Below, in pieces: positions 1 to 6,424 of a stretch of 15,609 bases of DNA. Origin of the DNA: an uncultured Erysipelotrichaceae bacterium (GTDB taxonomy: Bacteria > Bacillota_I > Bacilli_A > Erysipelotrichales > Erysipelotrichaceae); NCBI GenBank assembly GCA_964401865.1, contig CAYNZZ010000021.1, positions 1 to 15,609 of the forward strand, written 5' to 3'. Positions within the stretch are counted from its first letter, which is position 1, and each line of letters begins with the position of its first letter. Made by a program: the position numbers and the translations under genes. The notes beneath the pieces were generated by a model that had not been told where the DNA came from, did no database searches, and saw nothing but the letters and a program-made list of their open reading frames with translations.

Positions 1-291
1 GTAAACTTACTGAACGGAAAAGATTTAATACCTACACTCTTACAAGTTTGTGATGCAACCGCAATAGGTTTTCTTTTTACAATTATTTTTTACAAAGGAA
101 AGAGCCTTTTACCGTGTATTATTGCACATAGTTTTGTAAATTCTTCGAGCGTTTTTGCTGTTGAAAATTCTTCAATGAAGTTTCATATTATTTCAAGTGC
201 AGTATTATGTATTATTAGCTTAAGTTACGCACTGTGGATATTGAAAAAAACAAAACAATTTGATGAATATGAAAATAATGATAGGCGGTGA
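1..291 (+). CDS. CPBP-family intramembrane glutamic endopeptidase (CAAX-protease-like), C-terminal part; 5' end off-window
   Basis: Frame 1 is open from base 1 to TGA at 289-291. The translation ...AIGFLFTIIFYKGKSLLPCIIAHSFVNSSSVFAV...ISLSYALWILKK is rich in hydrophobic helices. It carries the C-terminal H-x3-N motif (AHSFVN) typical of CPBP proteases. It is absent from the ORF track because no start lies in the window. Confidence 0.6.
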   Translation, partial: VNLLNGKDLIPTLLQVCDATAIGFLFTIIFYKGKSLLPCIIAHSFVNSSSVFAVENSSMKFHIISSAVLCIISLSYALWILKKTKQFDEYENNDRR

Positions 292-300
292 TGATATTGT

Positions 301-474
301 ATGCCAACTATTATTTCAGAATGGATATATCGCTCTGTATGTGGCAATAAAACCCGTGCTATGATACGGGAAGATACGGAATTAAAAAACTTTCCTCTCT
401 ACTGTCCGAAATGTAAGCAGGAAACAATCATCAATGTTCAGGATATGAAAATTACACTTGCAGACAGTAAATAA
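301..474 (+). CDS. cysteine-rich KTR-domain small protein (57 aa)
   Basis: ATG at 301, TAA at 472-474. Translation: MPTIISEWIYRSVCGNKTRAMIREDTELKNFPLYCPKCKQETIINVQDMKITLADSK. It has C-G-N-K-T-R plus CPKC, the signature of the small KTR zinc-ribbon proteins seen on Firmicutes integrative/conjugative elements. It falls below the ORF-track length cut-off. Confidence 0.65.
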   Translation: MPTIISEWIYRSVCGNKTRAMIREDTELKNFPLYCPKCKQETIINVQDMKITLADSK

Positions 475-484
475 TTATGTATAC

Positions 485-518
485 CGCCGCTATGGATAAC
501 ACCATACACGGCGTTTTT
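485..518 (+). terminator. rho-independent terminator after the KTR gene
   Basis: Imperfect GC-rich hairpin CGCCGcTATGG...CCATAcaCGGCG followed by TTTTT (514-518), 11 nt after the stop codon. Confidence 0.55.
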
Positions 519-679
519 GAATGCCTATCGGCTATCTCTGTCAAAGGATTTCTTACGCTGTCTTTGGGGCGGTTTCTGCTTATTGCGTTCCTGTATCTCA
601 CGCAGATGTTTTAACACGCTTTGCTTTTCGGGCGGTCTGTACTGTGCCTTAGCGGTGGCTGTCGGTTTCCTGCTGACTT

Positions 680-1213
680 GACGTTCCCATTCGGCTTTTC
701 AAGACATCCATGATCATAGTCGTCCAACATTGAAATGGCATCTGCATATGTTTCAACAACATTCAGTACCTCTTCTTCATCCAACTCTATAGTTGATGCG
801 ATAATCCTTGATTGGATCTTAACTGTTCGATCCAAAGCTTCTAGTCTTTTCTGATTAATAGCATAGCCTTTGAGCATATAGTCTTTCAGTATCGATGTTG
901 CCCATTTACGAAAGACAATACCATTTGGTGATTTAACACGATATCCAATTGCAAGTATCATATCAAGATTGTAAAACTGAACTTTATATTTTTTTCCGTC
1001 AGAACCAGTATGCTCAAAAAACGAGCATACTGAATTCTGTTCAAGTTCATTATCTTTATATATGTTTTGAATATGTCTAGTTATCGTTCTTCGATCTTTA
1101 CCGAATAGCTCAGCAATTTGTTTTTGAGTCAGCCATACAGTTTCTCTGTCTTCACTAACAGATACTTCCAATTCCAATTATCCATTTTTAAAGATTACAA
1201 TATCATTGTTCAT
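680..1213 (-). pseudogene. rhuM-family (virulence protein RhuM-like) gene, disrupted by an in-frame stop and 3'-truncated
   Basis: The translation DRETVWLTQKQIAELFGKDRRTITRHIQNIYKDNELEQNSVCSFFEHTGSDGKKYKVQFYNLDMILAIGYRVKSPNGIVFRKWATSILKDYMLKGY is the conserved RhuM N-terminal core. The real start is ATG at 1211-1213 (MNNDIVIFKNG, RBS GAGAGGGG). It is separated from the rest by an in-frame TAA at 1178-1180. RhuM-like sequence stops after ...DDYDHGCLEKPNGN at about nt 683, where a GC-rich unrelated sequence begins. The family is normally about 300+ aa. Confidence 0.7.
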
Positions 1214-1427
1214 GTAATCAACCCCTCTCATAATGTCATGAACGACAAGGTGGATAAAATAAATGTACCCATAGTACAACATTTCCAGCAATCCATTATA
1301 AGATGTTGCTTTCACTGTTTTTAGGTTGGACTTCACGAATGATTTATGAAATACTGTTATCAGTGAATGCAACATCATACATATCCTTAAAGATGTTATT
1401 TGCTCTTCAGGATATGTAACAATGCTT

Positions 1428-1577
1428 TAAAACCATTTTCTGTGAAAACATTTTTGAAAACATTTTTTGTAGACGTATGAGAAATAGGGGATATTTCATG
1501 GAATTGCACCTGTAAATAAGCGACAAAAAGGGTGTGTTTTAGACCATTTGGAAAATAATACAATCGAGTTTGAATAA
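1428..1577. repeat. R1 scaffold repeat, copy A (core only)
   Basis: Aligns with 4186-4328 and 7179-7321. A 34-nt stretch, gtgaaaacatttttgaaaacattttttgtagacg, is identical in all three copies. The blocks ...ggaattg.acctgtaaataag...caaaaaggg...gaccatttggaaaataatacaatcgagtttgaataa are also shared. Confidence 0.85.
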
Positions 1578-1634
1578 TTCAATAAACATCAAAAATCCTT
1601 TATATAAGGGCTTTTTTACATGCCAATTTTGGCC

Positions 1635-1654
1635 GTGAGTACAAAATGAGTACA
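1635..1654. repeat. left 20-bp inverted repeat bracketing the abiE module (2 x GAGTACA)
   Basis: The reverse complement of gtgagtacaaaatgagtaca is tgtactcattttgtactcac. This matches 3222-3241 (tgtactcaatatgtactcac) at 17 of 20 positions. Confidence 0.6.
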
Positions 1655-1694
1655 TAAATTATTGGATATGAATAATTAAATAAATTGAAGTCGA

Positions 1695-1723
1695 TTTACA
1701 TTCTCACTAATATAAAGTATAAT
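1695..1723 (+). promoter_or_regulatory. sigma-A type promoter of abiEi-abiEii
   Basis: TTTACA (1695-1700), a 17-nt spacer, then TATAAT (1718-1723), about 43 nt upstream of the abiEi ATG. Confidence 0.5.
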
Positions 1724-1765
1724 ATTAGCAAGAATGTAAAAGGCGGTGAGAGTGTGGAAGGAGTA

Positions 1766-2332
1766 ATGGATTCTAAAAAAATTGAGGTTTTGAATGTTAA
1801 AAAATTAAAGAATGTGAACGTATCGAGACAGTCTATTTATAATTTTATAAAAAGGAATTGTATGGAAAAAGTTGGCCCAGGTATTTATATTTCAAAAGAT
1901 GTGTTGGAAGATGAAGCTTATGTTTTGTCACAGCGTTGTCCAAAAGGAGTTATTTCTCATGATGATGCCTTATATTATTATGGTCTGGTTGATCGAGAAC
2001 CTTTTGTGCATTGTATTACAATTTATAGTGGATATAATCCTTCTGCTTTAACAAACTCAGGTTACAAGGTTTATACTGTAAAAAAGGAGCTTTTGGATCT
2101 AGGAAAGACTACAATCACAAATCAATTTGGTCATGAAATCCCAATGTATGATTTGGAAAGAACAATTTGTGATTTAGTGAGAAGTAGACGTAATTTCGAA
2201 ATTCAGGATTTTAATATGGCGATTAAAACTTATTTACAAAGAAGTGATAAAGATCTGAATTGTTTAATGGTGTATGCAAAAGCATTTCGAATTGAAAAGA
2301 TAATTAGACAATATATGGAGGTTTTATTGTAA
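1766..2332 (+). CDS. abiEi: type IV toxin-antitoxin system antitoxin AbiEi (wHTH)
   Basis: ORF 1685-2332 trimmed to ATG 1766, which has RBS GGAAGGAG 3 nt upstream. The N-terminal wHTH reads NVSRQSIYNFIKRNCMEKVGPGIY. The C-terminal part (...ERTICDLVR...) is typical of AbiEi. Its stop overlaps the start of the next gene (TAATG). Confidence 0.8.
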   Translation: MDSKKIEVLNVKKLKNVNVSRQSIYNFIKRNCMEKVGPGIYISKDVLEDEAYVLSQRCPKGVISHDDALYYYGLVDREPFVHCITIYSGYNPSALTNSGYKVYTVKKELLDLGKTTITNQFGHEIPMYDLERTICDLVRSRRNFEIQDFNMAIKTYLQRSDKDLNCLMVYAKAFRIEKIIRQYMEVLL

Positions 2333-3180
2333 TGTATCTAACTCCAGCACAAATAAAAGGTAGAATTAAAAATGTCGCCAAACAAAATGGATCGGATCCT
2401 ATAACTTTGTTACGTATTTATATGATGGAACGTTTTCTTGAAAGAATAACGTATTCTAAATATAAAGACGATTTCATTGTTAAGGGTGGAATCTTGGTTA
2501 CTTCTATGATTGGTATATCGATGCGATCGACTATAGATATTGATACAACAATACGTAATTTTGATTTAACCAAAGAAGAAACCACAAGGATTGTAAATGA
2601 AATTAAAGATATTTCTCTTGATGATCACATTGAATTTATCTTAAATGATGTATCTGATATCATGGACAATATGGAGTATCCAGGAATAAGAATTCATATG
2701 GATGCAAAATTAGAAAATTTAATAGTGCCAATCAAAATAGATATATCAACAGGTGATGTGATTACACCTAGAGAAATAAGATATGAATATCCGTTGTTGT
2801 TAGAAGACAAATCAATACAACTCTGGTCATATAATTTAGAGACAATACTTGCAGAAAAAATTCAAACAATTCTTTCTAGAGGATTGTTGAATACACGTAT
2901 GCGTGATTTTTATGATGTAACGACTTTATTTGATCGTTATAACGTTCAAATAAACTATAATGATTTATCATTGGCATTTGATAAAACATGTAGAAAAAGA
3001 GAGACACTTTCTTTATTGGAGCATTATGAAGAAATATTATGCTCAATAAGTGAAGATTCAACGTTGCAGAATTTATGGAAGAATTATTGTCGTAAATATA
3101 AATATGCTAGTCATATTGAGTTTTCTACAAATTTAGAAATAATAAAACAATTGATGAGTCAAATGTTAGAAATTGAGTGA
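2332..3180 (+). CDS. abiEii: AbiEii/AbiGii-family nucleotidyltransferase toxin
   Basis: 282 aa. It has the nucleotidyltransferase motif FIVKGGILVTSMIGISMRSTIDIDTT (G-G ... D-x-D). It also has ...NLETILAEKIQTILSRGLLNTRMRDFYD, characteristic of the AbiEii/DUF1814 family. It is coupled to abiEi by a 1-nt overlap. Confidence 0.85.
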   Translation: MYLTPAQIKGRIKNVAKQNGSDPITLLRIYMMERFLERITYSKYKDDFIVKGGILVTSMIGISMRSTIDIDTTIRNFDLTKEETTRIVNEIKDISLDDHIEFILNDVSDIMDNMEYPGIRIHMDAKLENLIVPIKIDISTGDVITPREIRYEYPLLLEDKSIQLWSYNLETILAEKIQTILSRGLLNTRMRDFYDVTTLFDRYNVQINYNDLSLAFDKTCRKRETLSLLEHYEEILCSISEDSTLQNLWKNYCRKYKYASHIEFSTNLEIIKQLMSQMLEIE

Positions 3181-3221
3181 AACAATATCTTAATTGTATG
3201 TATTGTTAGAATGAAATGGTT

Positions 3222-3241
3222 TGTACTCAATATGTACTCAC
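3222..3241. repeat. right 20-bp inverted repeat bracketing the abiE module
   Basis: tgtactcaatatgtactcac, the inverted partner of 1635-1654. A further direct-orientation GAGTACA (aaaatgagtacaaaat) follows at 3251-3266. Confidence 0.6.
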
Positions 3242-3378
3242 AGTGACTCCAAAATGAGTACAAAATATATGTAAAAGATTTGGAAAATAAAATAATACAG
3301 GAAGTAATTGTATAAATAACCATATAATGTATATGTTGTATGGATTTAAAAGTATACAAAATTGAGTTTGAGTAAAAT

Positions 3379-3400
3379 GCCGAGTAATCGGCGTTTTCTT
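3379..3400. terminator. hairpin terminator (GCCGA-gtaa-TCGGC plus T-rich tail), homologous to 4446-4470
   Basis: A 5-bp GC stem with a 4-nt loop, followed on the + strand by gttttctttt. It lies between the abiE operon and the parA remnant, so it could serve either strand. Confidence 0.5.
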
Positions 3401-3418
3401 TTACCCATTTTTCATCAT

Positions 3419-3555
3419 GTTTTTAGAGCCTAAGCAGTAATTGTAATCACTTTGTGGATTAAAGTCAGCAATTGATACTTCGTTTTCAGCATTGATGATC
3501 TTGAAAAACTCTACCTGTTTTGGTTTGTCGCTGTAATTAGTTTGTATTTAGACAT
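3419..3555 (-). pseudogene. parA remnant (P-loop deleted, frameshifted, truncated)
   Basis: ATG at 3553-3555 gives MSKYKLITATNQNR*. Compare the intact-looking start MSKCKVIAVANQKGGVGKTT at 6325. A second frame gives INAENEVSIADFNPQSDYNYCLGSKN, which matches RNGNEVLIVYFDPQGDLTACLGWKN of the 5921-6325 copy. Confidence 0.6.
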
Positions 3556-3647
3556 AAAAAACTCCTTTCCCATAACCACCAGCTAGTAGTGGATATGTAA
3601 AGGAGTTAAAATTATTCTTGCTTAATAGATAAATTGGAATTTATCTA
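3550..3647. repeat. R2 repeat copy 1: parA leader with SD-sequestering hairpin and a perfect 9-4-9 palindrome
   Basis: 3563-3606 is 44/44 identical to 6335-6378 (tcctttcccataaccaccagctagtagtggatatgtaaaggagt). The palindrome tagataaat-tgga-atttatcta at 3626-3647 is identical to 6397-6418. Confidence 0.85.
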
Positions 3648-3667
3648 ACTGTTTTATGAATTAAAAT

Positions 3668-3964
3668 CTACTGATTGTAATGATACAACACTTCTTTTCC
3701 ATGCCTTTCAGCATACTCAATTTCTTTTTTCACAGATGTTCCAATATAACCATCCATATTTACAACATATATTCCATCACTTAAATCTATTTTTCTGTAA
3801 TGAGCATCTGCAAGTTTTAAAAGTTCATCTTCAGTTGGAACAATATTATCTTCACAATAAACACATTGTAATATATTATATCCTTTGCTTATTTCAAGGT
3901 CATAAGCAATTTTTTTCATATCTTCGGCAAATTTCATGCTTCCACAAATTGTATAAGTTTTCAC
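3668..3964 (-). CDS. small nucleoside 2-deoxyribosyltransferase-like (NDT/DUF4406-type Rossmann-like) protein, 98 aa
   Basis: GTG start at 3962-3964 with RBS GAGGTGA. The pattern ICGSMKF ... H-x3-I-x2-SDGIYVVNMDGYIGTSVKKEIEYAERHGKEV matches the N-terminal phosphate-binding loop and the C-terminal G-x-S-x3-E-x2-YA motif of the NDT-like fold. The functional assignment is by motif only. Confidence 0.55.
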   Translation of the reverse strand: MKTYTICGSMKFAEDMKKIAYDLEISKGYNILQCVYCEDNIVPTEDELLKLADAHYRKIDLSDGIYVVNMDGYIGTSVKKEIEYAERHGKEVLYHYNQ

Positions 3965-3977
3965 CCAATCACCTCAT

Positions 3978-4403
3978 CAAATCCCGATTTGTATAAATCT
4001 ACTTATTTAAAATTACATGGATTATAACATTTATTTATAAATCTGAATAGACGGTATAAATTAGTTAAACCATAACGGATTCTATTTGATTCAGTTGTAA
4101 TAATATAATTAATCAATAGAATAGAGTGGAGATTTAATTGAGAACTAGATTGATTTTCATGACATGCAACAATCACACCAAAACCATCTCCCGTGAAAAC
4201 ATTTTTGAAAACATTTTTTGTAGACGCATAGGAAAACGGCCTGCTTTGATGGAATTGTACCTGTAAATAAGGGCCAAAAAGGGCACATTTTCGACCATTT
4301 GGAGAATAATACAATTGAGTTTGAATAAATATAGGCTTTAATGGGGTATAAATTTAAAAATATATGAAACATACCCCTTTAACTTGAAAAAATATAACAC
4401 CTC
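3978..4403. repeat. R1 scaffold repeat, copy B (full length: 5'UTR box, promoter, core, AT-rich tail)
   Basis: Colinear with 6971-7399. Shared blocks are: caaatcccgattt; ataacatttattta..ctgaatag; ggattcta; taatataattaat; tcatgaca.gcaa; the 37-nt identical gtgaaaacatttttgaaaacattttttgtagacgcat; ...gagtttgaataaatataggctttaa.gggg.tataa...cccctttaacttgaaaaaa.ataacacctc. Confidence 0.9.
4021..4047 (-). promoter_or_regulatory. extended -10 promoter inside R1-B driving the 98-aa cargo gene
   Basis: Minus strand: TTCAGA (4042-4047), 15 nt, then TGtTATAAT (-10 at 4021-4026). The same architecture sits at the same place in R1-C. Confidence 0.5.
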
Positions 4404-4445
4404 AATTAGAATGTTCCAGGAACAATCGAATTCGAGTAAAATGAT

Positions 4446-4470
4446 AAAACGCCGAGAAATCGGCGTTTTT
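4446..4470. terminator. bidirectional rho-independent terminator after the 475-aa gene
   Basis: aaaacGCCGAgaaaTCGGCgttttt, with A-run and T-run flanks, 8 nt beyond the stop of the minus-strand CDS ending at 4478. Confidence 0.75.
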
Positions 4471-4477
4471 AACTGGT

Positions 4478-5905
4478 TTATAAGTCGTTTTTATCGTCAA
4501 CTAATATGAATACTGAATATGGAGATTTAGGATTTCCTTCTCTTTTAATAATATTTTTTTCAATAAGTGGGTTTATTACCCTAGATAAAAATGTTGATCT
4601 ACTTTTATAAGGAGTAACACCTTGTAATTCGTTTATTTGTTTTGGACCGCTTTTAAGCGAATGTATTATCACTTCTTCATAATTTTTTAAGTCTGTAATA
4701 TTATCGACGTCTAATTCTTTCACCTCTTCGTTGTACAAAAGATCATAAAGCTTTAAGGATAGAAAACCTGGATATGCAGAGACAACTGGTTGTTTGTTTT
4801 CAGGTGCTTTCTTATAACACTCTACGATTGTCTGAAATCCTGTGCCACCACGTTCCATTAGATTTGCAACATCCAGACATGCTGCTATTATTTTGTTTCT
4901 TCTAATGGAAGGAATGGTGCCAACAGGATATTCTTCGTATGGCTTTGGAAGCAACCATGACCCAGGGGATACAACTTCAATTCTATCATCATAAATATCT
5001 ACATCAATCTGCGTTCCCATGATTGAATAATCACGATGTGCTATTGCATTAACCAGTATTTCTCTTATTGCTTCTTTAGGATAGGAACGTACTTCTTCTC
5101 TTCCTCCATTTGCTGCCTTTTTCCATCCGGATTTTGTGTTTCTTTCAATAAAATTGAGTGTTGAAGAAAAAACATCTAATAAAGGTCCTTTATATCTACC
5201 AGTATCTAAAACAGTGCCCACTTTGTTAATTCCTTTCCAAAGTCTGCAACATATTAAAGAATCATCGTTAGCATAGTCATCTTTAAACATTAGTAGCCCG
5301 GTTGATGAATATCCGTCCTTTGATACAATTTGTTCATTTTGTAATTCTTTTAAGCTCGGGATGCTGTGGTCGGTTCGATAAATGCTACATGTCGAAAGAT
5401 ATTTGCTCCAGTCTGATTCTTTATATAAGATTTCACTTATTGAATTATCGACACCATATTTACGCTTAGATAGTGAGATAATGTCTTCTGGAGTGGCAGG
5501 AGTTGTATTTCCATCGCCTTTAATATAAACAGTTTCGTTAAAATCTCCATCTCTATATCTCACAACAGAGTCGGAAGAATATATTTTTACTGCCAAAACA
5601 AATTTTTCAGCATCGTTATCAACGCTCCTCATAGAATATGATATTTTTGCATGTGGAAAAATGTGTCTATCATTAATAATTGCAATAAGATTTTTGGTCT
5701 TATCAATCTCTTCAATCGATAGTCCAAAAACATCTCGATTATTGGAAACACCAACAAAGATTATTCCACCATCACCATTAGCATATCCAACAATAGTTTT
5801 TGCCCATTTCAATGGGTTATCGGATGATAAAATGCTTTTGAGTTCATAGTGCAAATCTTCTGTTATGACATCTAGATATAGTTCGTTAATTTTCAAATTA
5901 ATCAC
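4478..5905 (-). CDS. COG2865-type ATP-binding regulator-like protein: N-terminal AlbA_2 (Schlafen-core-like) domain, HATPase_c_4-like domain and C-terminal wHTH
   Basis: N-terminus: EDLHYELKS...WAKTIVGYANGDGGIIFVGVSNNRDVFGL (AlbA_2 / divergent AAA signature). Middle: EAIREILVNAIAHRDYSIMGTQIDVDIYDDRIEVVSPG (HATPase_c_4). C-terminus: a wHTH-like segment, IIHSLKSGPKQINELQGV...INPLIEKNIIKREG. The track start is GTG 5905, but GAGGTG (5903-5908) is itself the likely RBS, so TTG 5894-5896 (MKINELYL...) is the more probable start. Confidence 0.8.
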   Translation of the reverse strand: MINLKINELYLDVITEDLHYELKSILSSDNPLKWAKTIVGYANGDGGIIFVGVSNNRDVFGLSIEEIDKTKNLIAIINDRHIFPHAKISYSMRSVDNDAEKFVLAVKIYSSDSVVRYRDGDFNETVYIKGDGNTTPATPEDIISLSKRKYGVDNSISEILYKESDWSKYLSTCSIYRTDHSIPSLKELQNEQIVSKDGYSSTGLLMFKDDYANDDSLICCRLWKGINKVGTVLDTGRYKGPLLDVFSSTLNFIERNTKSGWKKAANGGREEVRSYPKEAIREILVNAIAHRDYSIMGTQIDVDIYDDRIEVVSPGSWLLPKPYEEYPVGTIPSIRRNKIIAACLDVANLMERGGTGFQTIVECYKKAPENKQPVVSAYPGFLSLKLYDLLYNEEVKELDVDNITDLKNYEEVIIHSLKSGPKQINELQGVTPYKSRSTFLSRVINPLIEKNIIKREGNPKSPYSVFILVDDKNDL

Positions 5906-5914
5906 CTCGCAATA

Positions 5915-5943
5915 ATTATATCAACATTTCGCAAACATTTCGA
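5915..5943 (-). promoter_or_regulatory. promoter of the 475-aa gene, overlapped by iterons
   Basis: Minus strand: TATAAT at 5915-5920, with a weak -35 TCGAAA at 5938-5943 (17-nt spacer). Confidence 0.45.
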
Positions 5944-6325
5944 TAACATTTCGCAAACATTTCGAATTACGAATAGTTAAAGTAATGCTTGTTGGATATA
6001 GTCCAAAAACAATACGCATTTCAAAATTTGTCAGTTCAATGTTTGCTGGAATTACATCGGCATCCTCTTCATGTTTTAAGATTAGAGATGCATAGTTGAT
6101 ATCCTTATCGTTGATGTAATCATCAAGCATGGTTGAAACAGTATTATCCAATGAGTCATTGTTCTTCCAACCAAGACATGCAGTAAGATCTCCCTGAGGG
6201 TCAAAGTATACAATCAATACTTCATTGCCGTTTCTTGCTAGGCCAATTGCAACATTCTCGGTTGTAGTGGTCTTGCCAACGCCGCCTTTCTGGTTGGCAA
6301 CTGCAATTACTTTGCATTTGGACAT
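5921..6325 (-). pseudogene. parA: parA-family partition ATPase, truncated after about codon 105
   Basis: MSKCKVIAVANQKGGVGKTTTTENVAIGLARNGNEVLIVYFDPQGDLTACLG... carries the deviant Walker A KGGVGKT of ParA/Soj. Family-like sequence ends near ...VIPANIELTNFEMRIV (about nt 6010). The ORF then runs into the iteron array. Full-length ParA is about 250 aa, and Walker B and later motifs are missing. Confidence 0.75.
5923..5964. repeat. four direct 9-mers AACATTTCG (minus strand CGAAATGTT) at exact 11-bp spacing; iteron/operator or centromere-like array
   Basis: Copies at 5923-5931, 5934-5942, 5945-5953 and 5956-5964, read directly from tcAACATTTCGcaAACATTTCGatAACATTTCGcaAACATTTCGaatt. Confidence 0.85.
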
Positions 6326-6418
6326 AATAAAAAATCCTTTCCCATAACCACCAGCTAGTAGTGGATATGTAAAGGAGTATTTTGTATCTTGTTAGATAGA
6401 TAAATTGGAATTTATCTA
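6320..6418. repeat. R2 repeat copy 2 (parA leader hairpin plus 9-4-9 palindrome)
   Basis: See 3550-3647. There is a 44-nt identical block at 6335-6378 and an identical palindrome at 6397-6418, which lies 6 nt downstream of the GNAT stop codon. Confidence 0.85.
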
Positions 6419-6424
6419 TGTTGC

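Noticed and set aside
1178-1378. 66-aa minus-strand ORF directly abutting the RhuM ORF.
   Set aside because: Only its last 11 codons (MNNDIVIFKNG) are meaningful. They are the true N-terminus of the rhuM pseudogene, separated from the rest by an in-frame TAA. The upstream part is read-through of non-coding DNA.
4159-4266. A 35-codon plus-strand ORF inside the R1 core (MTCNNHTKTISRENIFENIFCRRIGKRPALMELYL*). It has an equal-length counterpart in R1-C (7152-7259), preserving the start, frame and stop.
   Set aside because: Comparing the two copies codon by codon gives about 11 amino-acid-changing codon differences against 3 silent ones, with no sign of purifying selection. There is no convincing RBS. 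Copy A lacks the start codon. The preserved frame is more simply explained by the absence of indels in a short conserved DNA or RNA element.
4003-4372. Minus-strand ORFs 4003-4314 and 4157-4372, and similarly 7283-7468, 3159-3359, 1118-1324 and 3736-3996.
   Set aside because: They lie in the R1 scaffold or other AT-rich intergenic DNA. They are not conserved in frame between repeat copies (indels shift them). They have low-complexity F/I/L/Y/K-rich translations and no RBS.
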